In this document: piece after piece, positions 1-9,645 of the stretch | How positions within the stretch are numbered: the stretch's first letter is position 1 | How the letters are laid out: each line of letters starts with the position of its first letter | Source of the DNA: Polyangiaceae bacterium | Lineage (GTDB): Bacteria > Myxococcota_A > Polyangia > Polyangiales > Polyangiaceae | NCBI GenBank assembly: GCA_044376115.1 | Contig: JBILLK010000007.1 | Location: forward strand, 256,001-320,000 | DNA length: 64,000 nucleotides | Reading direction: 5' to 3' | Position numbers and translations under genes: made by a program | Notes under the pieces: generated by a model | What the model saw: only the letters and a program-made list of their open reading frames with translations | The model's database searches: none | What the model was told of the DNA's origin: nothing

Positions 1-219
1 CAAGAAGCAACTCGGCACAAGAGCTCGTATTTGCCGTTTAGTGCTGGTCCGCGCTTTTGCATCGGGATGCACTTCGCCATGATGGAAGGGCCGATCGTGC
101 TCGCGACGCTGCTGCGGCGCTGGCGTTTCGAGATCGATCCCACGCGGGAGATCACCGAGGACGACTTCGCTACGCTGAGGCCGCGCGGCGGCGTGCCGGC
201 TACGGTTCGGGCGCGTTAA
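1..219 (+). CDS. Cytochrome P450, C-terminal fragment (5' end outside the window)
   Basis: Frame is open from base 1; heme-thiolate motif LPFSAGPRFCIG followed by FAMME. Confidence 0.93.
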   Translation, partial: QEATRHKSSYLPFSAGPRFCIGMHFAMMEGPIVLATLLRRWRFEIDPTREITEDDFATLRPRGGVPATVRAR

Positions 220-375
220 GCTTCCTTGCTTAATCTGCTGCAGTTTGCAGAGCAGCATTCCGTCTAGACCACCAACGCATCTGCTCCGTCGAAGTGGGCC
301 AACTCGGTTCGATCGGAAGCGCGCGTCCACACAAGGGCGCTCGTGGATTGAGCCTTCTTTGTTCGGAGATGATGA

Positions 376-717
376 ATGGAAATGACTCGTGCCAAGTCGA
401 AGTTTCAATGGGCCTTCGGCCATTTTAGTTGCGGAGGGCGCGAGTCATTTCGCTTGCCTCATCCACCTTTGGTGGAATGGTTTGCGATGGTTGCTTGTGC
501 CGCTGCTGCGTTTTCCCTCGTTGCATGCGGGGACAGCGGTAGCTCGTCGGCTGGGTCGTCGGGCGACACGAATGAGACGACTGACTCAAGTGTGTTCGAG
601 TGTTGTTTGAACGGCTCGTTCTACGATTGCCCCGATCAAGACGCGCTCAATCAATGCGGCGATCTCGATCCCTCGGGGTGTTCCTCCGACTCCTCGCGCG
701 ATTCAGAGTGTGAGTGA
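376..717 (+). CDS. Small Cys-rich putative lipoprotein (start could be ATG 487)
   Basis: GGAG before ATG 376; lipobox SLVAC-GD; Ser-rich linker; domain ECCLNGSFYDC...C...C...C. Confidence 0.6.
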   Translation: MEMTRAKSKFQWAFGHFSCGGRESFRLPHPPLVEWFAMVACAAAAFSLVACGDSGSSSAGSSGDTNETTDSSVFECCLNGSFYDCPDQDALNQCGDLDPSGCSSDSSRDSECE

Positions 718-737
718 TTGAGGAGCCGGCCTGCTGC

Positions 738-1688
738 CTAGCGCGTCGTGCGCTGACGTAGCGGTGCTGGCTTGGGCAGGTCGGCCTTGGGTGGCGGTTC
801 GAAGGGGCTGCCGCTCAGGGCCGCGCCCGTATCGGGTTGCGGAATCTTCGTCGATTGCCCAGCCCCAACGACGACGAAGTCGAGCTCCGGGTCGCGCAGT
901 CGTTCGCTCTTGTTGGCGGCGTCCACCATCCAGGTTTGGCTGTGGGCGAGCCCGACCGGCGTGATGAACAAGTAGAAGAGGCCGTCGTAACGAGCGAAGG
1001 CCCAGGCTGATGGCACGCCGTAGTCGGCGAGCCGCATCAGCGCCGAAGGGCGATGCGTCGCGCGATCGATTTGGTCGAGCCGAGCGGCCGCAGTGCCCGC
1101 TCCGTACTCACGCGGCGTTAGCATGAACAGCTTGGCGTCCGAGCCACCGGCGAGCTCGGCCTTGAACGGCGTTCGATCGAGATGTTCGACCCGCAAGGAG
1201 TTGGTGTCGACGTTCGCAAGGCCAAACGCCGGGCTAGCAATGAACAGACGCTCTTGTTCCGAGCGCCTGCTCTCGGCCGTGAAGGCCATTCCCAACATGG
1301 TGTTGGAGCTGGGATGGACGTAGTCGGTCGGGGTGCACGAGGCATCGCGGGTGCTGACGCGATAGAGCTTGCCGGAGCTGAAGAACACCCACGCCATACC
1401 CTCGCGATCCACCGCCATCGATTGCGGCGAGCCCTTCGAATCGCAGGCGAGAGTCCCGACCAGCTGATAGGCGGCGAGCCCGGGGACCGTTGGATCGAAG
1501 GCGAAGAGCTGCGACTCGATCGTGACGACGTAGATCACATCGAGCCTGCGTGACGCCGGCTCCGGCTCCGGTTCCGGCTCCGACTCGAGCCCGCGCTTGC
1601 GCTTCGTGGCTTCGTTGCACGAACAACCGCCGAGCATGCTCAACGCCAGCAGGAAAAACGCGCCAAAGCGACGTGTGAAGCCACTCAC
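738..1688 (-). CDS. Putative lipoprotein with a beta-propeller-like domain, function unknown
   Basis: GTG at 1688; signal peptide ending LGGC; propeller-like motifs SMAVDREGMAWV and VVGAGQST. Confidence 0.7.
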   Translation of the reverse strand: MSGFTRRFGAFFLLALSMLGGCSCNEATKRKRGLESEPEPEPEPASRRLDVIYVVTIESQLFAFDPTVPGLAAYQLVGTLACDSKGSPQSMAVDREGMAWVFFSSGKLYRVSTRDASCTPTDYVHPSSNTMLGMAFTAESRRSEQERLFIASPAFGLANVDTNSLRVEHLDRTPFKAELAGGSDAKLFMLTPREYGAGTAAARLDQIDRATHRPSALMRLADYGVPSAWAFARYDGLFYLFITPVGLAHSQTWMVDAANKSERLRDPELDFVVVGAGQSTKIPQPDTGAALSGSPFEPPPKADLPKPAPLRQRTTR

Positions 1689-1698
1689 GAGCGGTAGC

Positions 1699-2325
1699 TT
1701 AGACCGTCTTTCGACTGCTGGCCTTGCCCTGGTAACCAAAGCTCAACCAGCGAGGCCCTTCGCTGTATTGGGACAACCGTTGATCGAGCCCAAACCCGGC
1801 TTGCTCGAGGCTCGCGAAGGGATCGCGGTTGAGCTGACAGCCGCCGCTGACGCGACTCCACAAGGGCGTCAAACGATCTTGCCAGCGCCTGGCATCTGCA
1901 TCCGGCGCGCGACCGTGTTCAGCGAAGTAGAGCTCCCCGCCGGGGATGAGCACGCGGCGCAGTTCGGTGAGCGCAGCCGCTGGCTCGGGGATGCTGCAAA
2001 GCGAATAGGTGATCACTGCCGAATCGAAGCTGTTGTCTGCGAACGGCAGCTTCTCTGCGCGGGCCTGCAAGAGCTCCACCGGAACGGCGGCAGCGCTCGC
2101 GCGCGGACGCGCTTTGGCCAAAAGCGCAGCCGAAGGATCAATCGCCGTCACCGAGCGTGCCCGCGCTGCGTCGTAGAATGGGAGATTCAAGCCCGAACCG
2201 ACGCCAAGCTCGAGCACCCGGCCGTGCGCTTGCGGGATCCAGCGTTTGCGTTCCTCGCGGATCACGTGGTTGCGGCAGGCCTTCTCGATCAGCAGCGGCA
2301 ATACGCGATCGTTCCAAAAGCTCAT
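1699..2325 (-). CDS. Class I SAM-dependent methyltransferase (PmtA/UbiE-like)
   Basis: VLELGVGSGLN motif I, LPFADNSFD, LCSI, RVLIPGG, EHG; ATG at 2325. Confidence 0.9.
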   Translation of the reverse strand: MSFWNDRVLPLLIEKACRNHVIREERKRWIPQAHGRVLELGVGSGLNLPFYDAARARSVTAIDPSAALLAKARPRASAAAVPVELLQARAEKLPFADNSFDSAVITYSLCSIPEPAAALTELRRVLIPGGELYFAEHGRAPDADARRWQDRLTPLWSRVSGGCQLNRDPFASLEQAGFGLDQRLSQYSEGPRWLSFGYQGKASSRKTV

Positions 2326-2389
2326 GGCCTTCCCTAGTCGCGGCGCCCGGTGCTGGAAAGAAAGGAAGGTAGCGACCGCCGCCGCACCC

Positions 2390-2842
2390 CTAACGTGACG
2401 CATTGAAGCGCAGCGAACGCGCGAGCTCTTGGGCGGCTGGAATGAGCGTCAGGATAACGCTGCGTTCGCCGGGCCCGGCGAGGTTCACCACGTCACGTCC
2501 GTTGGTGGCGAAGATCTCGAGCACGACTTCGCCGCCCATCCCCACCGTCTCAAAAGAGCCGCCAGCGATGAAGAGCGGACCTTCTTCGGTATCGAGCGTC
2601 TCACTCCACGCGTTGAACGGCTTGGAGGCCCAGTTCTGTTCGCGCAGGAAGGCCAACATCCCTTGCTCGGTTAGCGGGTGATCCCCCGCGGTCTGGGTGC
2701 GCGCGTTGAGAAATACGCCGTGAGCCTTCGAGCGGAGATACACGCCGAAATCGCGCACGTGCTCGGGCGGTTGCTCATCGGCGAGCCAAGCCTCAGCGGG
2801 GTCGAGCGAGAAGTTGTGCGGTTCGGGAAGCTGAAGGCGCAT
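2390..2842 (-). CDS. Hypothetical protein (150 aa)
   Basis: Protein-like composition; starts 6 bp after the upstream gene on the same strand. Confidence 0.65.
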   Translation of the reverse strand: MRLQLPEPHNFSLDPAEAWLADEQPPEHVRDFGVYLRSKAHGVFLNARTQTAGDHPLTEQGMLAFLREQNWASKPFNAWSETLDTEEGPLFIAGGSFETVGMGGEVVLEIFATNGRDVVNLAGPGERSVILTLIPAAQELARSLRFNASR

Positions 2843-2848
2843 TGAACT

Positions 2849-4051
2849 TCAGCGCGCCGTTACGAACTGAAACCGCTGGTTGTCGCTCTCGTGGCAGTCG
2901 AACTGAATCGCCTTGGCCGAGGCTTCTCTTTTGCCCTCAGCAATGTCGATGCAGCGGCCGCTGTGGCGCGCCGCAAGCCGGAAGTCAGCACCACCCATCG
3001 ACTGCAGCGAGAAGGTTTGGTTGGCTGCTGCACCGCAAGGCCACTGCTTCAGCGCGGCTTGGTTCTCCTTGTTGGCCCCTTCGACGTCGAAGCACATCCC
3101 GGTGTGATCCGCGGTGATCATCACGCCTTTGTCCTGGATCCAGAGCTTGAAGCGTTGATGCGCGCTGCCATCGCAGGGCGCCTGCACGAGATCGGTGCCC
3201 TGGTCGCGGGCGCCACGAGCGACCTCGAGACAGAGACCGCTGTGTTTGGCCACGATGTTGTACCCGATGCCCTCCATCGGCATGGTGGCGGCTTGCTGCC
3301 GTTCGATCGGCACCGTGGGCGAGGTAGGTGAGGGCGTTGGCGGGACGGGCACTGGCGCTACAGGCTGTGCGCCATTGGAGCCGGCGCGCGGATTGCTGCC
3401 ACCAAAAGCGTCGAGACAACGGTTCGCCGCTGCAAAAATGTCCTCGCGAATACCCTGCGGCGCTGTCTCGGTGCGGCGCGGCCCACGGTCTTCCCAGGTT
3501 TGATAGAGCTTCAAATCGCGACCACCGTGGAAGAAGGCGAGCCTGCGATGCAGGCCTTCTTCACGTGAGGCCGAGAACCACAGAATGATCTGCCCGGCGG
3601 CATTGAAGGCGTACTCGAAGCTGACGTCGTCGTAGTTGATCATCAGCCGCCGCACCATGCGGTTGTCGTCGAAGACGAGACACTTGTGGCCGTTGGCCTG
3701 CACGGTCTTCGAGCTGTACTCCTTGTCCACCGCCTTGCGCAGCACGATGGCCGACTCTCGCCCGACCCATCCGGCCGAGAACTTTGCTGGCTCATTCGGG
3801 CTGTGCTCCTCGCCTGAGAAGCTCAGTACGCCGTCATCGCCGCCCTCCGGATCATCGAGATCGGCGAACACGTTGAAGCCGTCTTCCCCGAGGATGCCGC
3901 CAAAGCCTTCTTTGGTGGAGTCACGCAGCTTCGTCTTTTTGGCCTTCTTCGACGAGCGCTCTTCGCTCGAGTCGTCGGACTGCTTCTTCTCTGCCTTGCA
4001 ACCAACGCTGCAAAGCGCCCCCATCAGCACAGCCAACCCGAGAACTCGCAT
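2849..4051 (-). CDS. Lipoprotein with C-terminal ricin B-type (RICIN) lectin domain
   Basis: Lipobox CSVGC; Pro-rich linker; three beta-trefoil repeats (HSGLCLEV..HQRF, HTGMCFDV..NQTF, HSGRCIDI..NQRF). Confidence 0.88.
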   Translation of the reverse strand: MRVLGLAVLMGALCSVGCKAEKKQSDDSSEERSSKKAKKTKLRDSTKEGFGGILGEDGFNVFADLDDPEGGDDGVLSFSGEEHSPNEPAKFSAGWVGRESAIVLRKAVDKEYSSKTVQANGHKCLVFDDNRMVRRLMINYDDVSFEYAFNAAGQIILWFSASREEGLHRRLAFFHGGRDLKLYQTWEDRGPRRTETAPQGIREDIFAAANRCLDAFGGSNPRAGSNGAQPVAPVPVPPTPSPTSPTVPIERQQAATMPMEGIGYNIVAKHSGLCLEVARGARDQGTDLVQAPCDGSAHQRFKLWIQDKGVMITADHTGMCFDVEGANKENQAALKQWPCGAAANQTFSLQSMGGADFRLAARHSGRCIDIAEGKREASAKAIQFDCHESDNQRFQFVTAR

Positions 4052-4149
4052 TATGGCTCCTCAGCGTGGACCAAGCGTCCCACTGCCGCCTTATCAAAAG
4101 GCAGCCAGGGGCTTTTGTCGATGACCGATCGATTTCCGCCGAGCAAGAG

Positions 4150-6915
4150 TCACTGCGTCACTCCCGCTTCGCACACACGTTCTTGTTTCGACACGGCTCC
4201 AAGCGCTCGCTCTACGCGCTCGAACAGCCCATCTCCGTCCAGATCCACTGAGAAGTAGCGCGAGCCCAGGTCCCTCGGGGTTGCGGAACAATAGGGTGCT
4301 GGCGCTAGGTCTGGGTCGATGGTGAAGATGTTATTGCACGCGACAAACTCTGTCTCACTCAGCCAGAACGGCTCGGCCCAGTCTGAGCCTATGCACGCTG
4401 CGTCTTCAACCAGCTTCAGAGCCCACTCTGTCGCACCTTCGTAGACGAGTCCCACTGTTACTCGACCGCCGCTCTGCTTCACGAGCACAAAACCTCCCAC
4501 TCCGTTGATCGCTGCGCTTTGGGTGGGCACTGCTAGCAGATACTTGGCGTCGTTTGCGGCGAGCGCGGGCGCGGTCGGAGTCTTCTCCAACAAGGCAAGT
4601 GCGGAAGCGTCGTAGATGCGGAGGCCTTCGTCATCCCAGACCGCGACGTTGCCGGTCTCGGTCCGAACGAGCTGACCTCCCAGGCCCAACGTGACCGCAG
4701 TGGGCTCCTCCGTTACTTGGTTGGCGCTTACCTTCAGTCTCACCGCCTCGGTTGCACCGGCTTTGTCGATGAAGACCAAGGCTAGGTCCTCTGCGTCGGC
4801 GTTGGCGCCCGCCAGCGGTACGACCTTCTGAATCGTGCCGCCCAACGAAAAGGGCGACGTCAGCTGCCGATTCGAGTCACCAAACAACGCGCCGATCGAG
4901 CCGTCGCAGGCTTCTCCAGGGGTTGGGCAATTGCTTCGAAAGAAGGCAACGTCCTCGACGCCATCACGCTGCAGCACGAGGTGGCTGGGCAGCATCTGAT
5001 CGATACAGGCCCCGGAGCCTACGGGGATCGGGCTCTCGAGCTTCGACCCGCCGTAGAGCACGAGGAGCTGTCCGTCGTCGTTGGTGCAATCGCCACTCCC
5101 AACTGTGCGTATCACCGCATCCTTCACGCCATCACTGTCGAGATCGGCAAAGACAACCTCTCTCGCCTTTGCGCTCGACTCCGGGGGAGTAACGTTGAAG
5201 GACACCTCAGCGAAGGGGACGGTGGGCCCACCAAGCAGCACAACGATGCGGTCGTCCTTACTTCCCACAAGGTCCGCTAGCCCGTCCCCGGTGAGATCCT
5301 CCGCACCCAAGACCTGGTCCAGCGATGACAACGTCGCGATCTGGGATGGGTAACTCAAAATGATTCGCGGTGGGTTCTCGTTGGTTGCGTAGTCTTCTTC
5401 GCCGTCCCCGGTCACATCACCCTGCTGAATGAAGCCGATGGCTTCCAGATCGACGTCGTTGGGAAGCGGGAACACAAAGGCCGTCGAGGCCAAGAAGGCA
5501 GTCTTGCGAACGCAGCCCGCTTCGTCGGTCCCGCAGTTGCCGAGACCGGTGTGATGCGCGCCGAAGAGACCGACGTACTGCTCACCGCCCAACGTAAATC
5601 GGACGAAGAAGCCCAGCGACGAGCCGTACCCCGCCGATGGTTGGGCTGATGCAAAGGCAATCTCGAGCGGTTCGATCGTCAGGATGCATTCGGCTGGGCA
5701 CCCGTCACCCACTTGAGGTTCCACGTCGCAGTCCGCCCAGCAGGGGAGGCTGCAATCACACGCGGAGTCGGGCTCACCGCCAAAGACGCAAAACTTGTGG
5801 CACGCTTCGGTCTGACTGCAGCATGCGGGTACGGGGTAACACAAGTCTGGGTCACAGCCAGCGGCGATCGTCTTCGTCGAGAAATCGAAAAGCTCGATGG
5901 TGGGCGATAGCTCTGGTGAAGCGGGCGCGTCTACCGCGATGCCCAAAAGCGTCGACGTCGCCGGCACCGTGAGGCCAAACGGCACTACGCTGGACTTCAG
6001 CCAAGAATCTGCCGGCAAGTTCGCGTTACTGTAGATGCTGAAGGGCACCACCGACCCGGCCACCAACTTGAAGTTGGTCCCCGCCGGGAGTTTGGCGCTG
6101 CAATCGAAGCCGTCGTCAGCTCGGCGACAGATCGAAACGTCGGTCCCGGCCCTTGAGATGTAAGCGACGTCCGCAAGGTTGGTTCCAGCTTCTGCAGGGA
6201 TCGGTACGAGCCTTGGCGCGCGCGCTGCTTCGACGGCCGGAGAATTCACCTCGGTCTTTGCAGGGGTTTGGATCTGCGTAAGAAAGACCCCGTTCTCCTC
6301 CCGGAGATAGTTCACCGAGTTCGCCGTCTCCTCACCGTTCGCGGTGCGGCTCCTCACCGGCAGAATCATGTGGTTGCCCGAAAGCGGTTCGACTGCATCG
6401 GCGCGCGGGCGCGGATCGCTCGACATGGTTGAAGCCTCAGCGGGAGCGGCAAGCCCTTCGGCAGCGCCGAGCAAACTCTCGCTGCTTTCAATACCGCCCT
6501 CCGAGTCGAGCGTTGCCAGCGTCAGATCTGGCCCGTTGCGGTACAACGCGACCACCGAGCCATCGCTGTTTTTGCGCAATTGGAGGAGCTCGCCACGGCT
6601 CTCCCCGCCGCGGTCAAACACGGCGGTGGCCGCATAGCAGGCTTCGTCCAGGCCAAAGTGCAGGCCGGGCGGGCAGTCGCCGGTGTTATCGGGCACGAAT
6701 TGGCAGGGGTTCGTTTCGCCTGGCTTTCCACAATTGTTCCCGTCCGCGGTCACACCGCCGGGGGCGTCGCAGGCCTCACCCTGGTCGACGACTCCGTCCC
6801 CACACACACCGCCCGTGCGCTCGTTGAGGGTTGCACAAGCGCTGAAAGCGAGAAGCCATGCGCTGCCTACGATCCTAGCGAGTGATGCTAGCGGCTGCTG
6901 ATAGGGGCCGTTCAT
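4150..6915 (-). CDS. Large lipoprotein with a myxobacterial Cys-rich repeat and FG-GAP/VCBS repeats
   Basis: Likely ATG 6915 (the ORF further upstream is antisense to the next gene); lipobox AFSAC; CGDGVVDQGEACD; GDVTGDGEED, DLTGDGLADL, DLDSDGVKD, DLDGDG. Confidence 0.8.
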   Translation of the reverse strand: MNGPYQQPLASLARIVGSAWLLAFSACATLNERTGGVCGDGVVDQGEACDAPGGVTADGNNCGKPGETNPCQFVPDNTGDCPPGLHFGLDEACYAATAVFDRGGESRGELLQLRKNSDGSVVALYRNGPDLTLATLDSEGGIESSESLLGAAEGLAAPAEASTMSSDPRPRADAVEPLSGNHMILPVRSRTANGEETANSVNYLREENGVFLTQIQTPAKTEVNSPAVEAARAPRLVPIPAEAGTNLADVAYISRAGTDVSICRRADDGFDCSAKLPAGTNFKLVAGSVVPFSIYSNANLPADSWLKSSVVPFGLTVPATSTLLGIAVDAPASPELSPTIELFDFSTKTIAAGCDPDLCYPVPACCSQTEACHKFCVFGGEPDSACDCSLPCWADCDVEPQVGDGCPAECILTIEPLEIAFASAQPSAGYGSSLGFFVRFTLGGEQYVGLFGAHHTGLGNCGTDEAGCVRKTAFLASTAFVFPLPNDVDLEAIGFIQQGDVTGDGEEDYATNENPPRIILSYPSQIATLSSLDQVLGAEDLTGDGLADLVGSKDDRIVVLLGGPTVPFAEVSFNVTPPESSAKAREVVFADLDSDGVKDAVIRTVGSGDCTNDDGQLLVLYGGSKLESPIPVGSGACIDQMLPSHLVLQRDGVEDVAFFRSNCPTPGEACDGSIGALFGDSNRQLTSPFSLGGTIQKVVPLAGANADAEDLALVFIDKAGATEAVRLKVSANQVTEEPTAVTLGLGGQLVRTETGNVAVWDDEGLRIYDASALALLEKTPTAPALAANDAKYLLAVPTQSAAINGVGGFVLVKQSGGRVTVGLVYEGATEWALKLVEDAACIGSDWAEPFWLSETEFVACNNIFTIDPDLAPAPYCSATPRDLGSRYFSVDLDGDGLFERVERALGAVSKQERVCEAGVTQ

Positions 6916-7024
6916 GCCCCAAATCTCTTGCACTCGAGGACCCGCGTCTAGGGCCGGTGCGCCACGCTCGGCTTGTCTGCGTAGATGTGGTTCAATAAGC
7001 ACTGCTTTTGCCGCGGAGGTTTTC

Positions 7025-8767
7025 GTGAGCTTGCGTATCCTTTTGCTCGTTACCGCGTTGCTGGTGAGTCTTGCGGGCTGTCGCTCGGACTTGCTGTGGG
7101 TTCCTGACAACGACGGGGGAGGCGGCACAACGCCCTGTTCGGAGTGCGACAACGGCTGCTGTGACGAGTCGGGATGCCAACTCGGCACGAGCAACACCGC
7201 CTGTGGACTCGATGGCCAAGCGTGCGTGGATTGCAGCGCGGACGGCCAGGTCTGCAACCCGGCCTCGGGCGAGTGCAACGCCGCTTGCGTTTGTGGCAAC
7301 GCAGTCTGTGAGGCGGCAAATTGCGGCGAGGACTCAGCCGTATGCCCCGCCGACTGTACGCCCTGCGAAAATAGCTCCTGCGGAGATGGCGTGTGTAACT
7401 CTCCTTGTGGAGAGACCCCCCCGAGCTGTCCCGTCGATTGCGGCAGCCAGTGCCTCTGCGGTGACAGCTTCTGCGACCCCAGCTGTGAAAACGGCGCCGT
7501 GTGCCCCGAAGACTGCGGCTGCTTCCAGTGCGGCGACTTTTTCTGTGATCCAGGCTGCGGGGAAGACAGCTCCAATTGTCCGAACGACTGCGGCGGCTGT
7601 GAGTGTGGTGACTTCTTCTGCGACCCTGAGTGTGGAGAGTCCGGCTTTAACTGCCCCAGCGATTGCGGCTGTTTCAACTGCGGCGACTTCTTCTGTGATC
7701 AGGGTTGCGGCGAGAGCCAGTTCAATTGCCCGAACGATTGCGGTAGCTGCTTCGCCTGCGGGGACTTCTTCTGCGACTTCAAATGTGGCGAGAGCTCGTT
7801 CAACTGCCCGACCGACTGCGGCAGCCAGTGCGTGTGCGGCGACTTCTTCTGCGACCAGGCGTGCGGTGAGAGCCAGTTCAATTGCCCGAATGATTGCGGC
7901 AGTGACTGCGTCTGCGGCGACTTCTTCTGCAATCAGGCCTGCGGCGAGAGTCAGTTCAACTGCCCGAACGATTGCGGCAGCCAATGCGTGTGTGGCGACT
8001 TCTTCTGCAACCAGGCGTGCGGCGAGAGCCAGTTCAACTGTCCGAATGATTGCGGCAGTCAATGCGTGTGCGGCGACTTCCTGTGCAACCCCAACTGCGG
8101 CGAGAACCAATTCAGCTGCCCGCAAGACTGCGGCGGTCAGTGCTTCTGCGGGGACGCGTTTTGCAACAGCGCCTGCGGTGAAAACCAGTTTGGTTGCCCA
8201 CAGGACTGTGGCGGCTGTGTATGCGGTGATTTCTTCTGTAACAGCGCGTGCGGTGAGAGCCAGTTCAGCTGCCCCAATGATTGTGGCGGCTGTGTGTGCG
8301 GGGACTTCGTCTGCAACAGCGCGTGCGGTGAGAGCCAGTTCAATTGCCCCAATGATTGCGGCGGCTGTGTGTGCGGGGATTTCGTCTGCAACAGCGCGTG
8401 CGGTGAGAGCCAGTTCACCTGCCCCAATGATTGCGGCGGCTGCTTCTGTGGGGATGGGCTTTGCAACGCCGCTTGTGGAGAGACGTCATTCAGCTGCCCG
8501 TTCGACTGCGCGGCGCCTGCATGCGCTCACGACAAGTGCCTCCAGGGCACGTTGCTCAACGCAGCTTGTGACCCATGTGTGAACGCGATCTGTCAGGCGG
8601 ATCCGTTCTGCTGTCAGAGCTCCTGGGACAGCCTCTGCGTTAACGAGGTCCAGAGCGTCTGCGGGATCTCCTGCGCGCTCCCGTGTGTCTGCGGAAACGG
8701 CAGTTGCCAAACCTCGTGTGGTGAAAGTCCGCAGTTCTGCCCGACCGATTGCGCGTTCCAGCCCTGA
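7025..8767 (+). CDS. Extremely Cys-rich repeat lipoprotein
   Basis: GGAGG RBS then GTG 7025; lipobox SLAGC; about 17 units of C-x(1-2)-CGDFFCxxxCGESQFxCPxDCG. Confidence 0.88.
   Translation: MSLRILLLVTALLVSLAGCRSDLLWVPDNDGGGGTTPCSECDNGCCDESGCQLGTSNTACGLDGQACVDCSADGQVCNPASGECNAACVCGNAVCEAANCGEDSAVCPADCTPCENSSCGDGVCNSPCGETPPSCPVDCGSQCLCGDSFCDPSCENGAVCPEDCGCFQCGDFFCDPGCGEDSSNCPNDCGGCECGDFFCDPECGESGFNCPSDCGCFNCGDFFCDQGCGESQFNCPNDCGSCFACGDFFCDFKCGESSFNCPTDCGSQCVCGDFFCDQACGESQFNCPNDCGSDCVCGDFFCNQACGESQFNCPNDCGSQCVCGDFFCNQACGESQFNCPNDCGSQCVCGDFLCNPNCGENQFSCPQDCGGQCFCGDAFCNSACGENQFGCPQDCGGCVCGDFFCNSACGESQFSCPNDCGGCVCGDFVCNSACGESQFNCPNDCGGCVCGDFVCNSACGESQFTCPNDCGGCFCGDGLCNAACGETSFSCPFDCAAPACAHDKCLQGTLLNAACDPCVNAICQADPFCCQSSWDSLCVNEVQSVCGISCALPCVCGNGSCQTSCGESPQFCPTDCAFQP
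7286..8510 (+). repeat. Coding tandem repeat, ~75-78 bp unit, about 16 contiguous copies
   Basis: Recurring tgcggcgacttcttctgc / gagagccagttcaa(c/t)tgccc with mostly synonymous variation. Confidence 0.9.
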
Positions 8768-8775
8768 TCCAGCGG

Positions 8776-9645
8776 TTAGCGAGCGCCGTCTCGTTCGAGT
8801 ACGGCGCTGGCGAAGCCATCGGCAATCAACCGCGCGTGTGAGCCGTGGGCGAGCGCGTCGGTGGCGCGCCGCAGCGAATGCACGGCGCTCTGCAGACTTT
8901 CACGCGCGATCGCACGCAGCGCGAGCGTTCTGCCGATGGGGTAGGAGACCAGGGCCAAGGTCGGCGCTGACCACGCGAAGGGCGGCGTGGCGCGGGTGAG
9001 GGTGGCCAAATCCGAGAGCGGCGAAAGCGCCAGCCACGCCCGTAGGGCTTCTGCAAAGTGTTGCGCCGATAGCGCCTTGAGCCCCTCCGCCATACTTCCG
9101 AGCGAGACCGTTGTTCGGTCCTCAGTCACCCGCCGCAGGTCTTTCCAAAGGAAGAGTCGCTTCGGCGGAACCTCCCCGCGGAAGTTCGAGCTCGTCACCC
9201 GATTGCGCACCGTCATGTCGGTGCGACAGGCCTTCTGCGCGCGGCTAAAGGCTGCATGCCGAGTCAGCACTTCCAATGTCGTCAGCGGCGGAGGAATCGC
9301 CTGGAGGAGGGTTTGGGTCGCGGTTAGTAGCTTGTGGTGCCGCCCACGCGTGAGGGGACCCGACAGGAGGTGATTGGTGCTCTGCAGCAGATCGTTGAGA
9401 GCGGCCGCGAGGGCGAACTCAGCGGCGCTGATCGGCGGTAAGAAGTCGAGCGGTGCGACCTGCCGAACCACGCGAATGCGCGCTACATCCATGCGTGAGC
9501 GCACCTCGTCATCAGGCACGCTGCGACCCACTCCGATGCTCAGCGCAAGCGCTGGGCCGAACGGCTTCACCAGGCGCATCGGCCCGCCCAGGATCAGCGG
9601 CGCCAGCACGCCCTTGGTGAGGTCGTCGAGGCGTGAGGCGTCCAC
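8776..9645 (-). CDS. Hypothetical protein, possibly an FtsH-ternary-system (fvmX6-like) component
   Basis: 289-aa ORF abutting the upstream gene; N-terminus GVLAPLILGG; family call is from recall only. Confidence 0.6.
   Translation of the reverse strand: MDASRLDDLTKGVLAPLILGGPMRLVKPFGPALALSIGVGRSVPDDEVRSRMDVARIRVVRQVAPLDFLPPISAAEFALAAALNDLLQSTNHLLSGPLTRGRHHKLLTATQTLLQAIPPPLTTLEVLTRHAAFSRAQKACRTDMTVRNRVTSSNFRGEVPPKRLFLWKDLRRVTEDRTTVSLGSMAEGLKALSAQHFAEALRAWLALSPLSDLATLTRATPPFAWSAPTLALVSYPIGRTLALRAIARESLQSAVHSLRRATDALAHGSHARLIADGFASAVLERDGAR

Noticed and set aside
6916..7677. N-terminal extension of the 1175-aa minus-strand ORF (PQS repeats)
   Set aside because: Antisense shadow of the Cys-repeat gene; a signal peptide follows ATG 6915.
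7286..8510. ~75-bp periodic repeats resembling a CRISPR array
   Set aside because: No unique spacers; variation is mostly synonymous within a Cys-repeat ORF; no cas genes in the window.
7071..8582. 503-aa Ala/Thr/Ser-rich ORF
   Set aside because: Alternative frame of the repeat gene; lacks stops because of codon bias.
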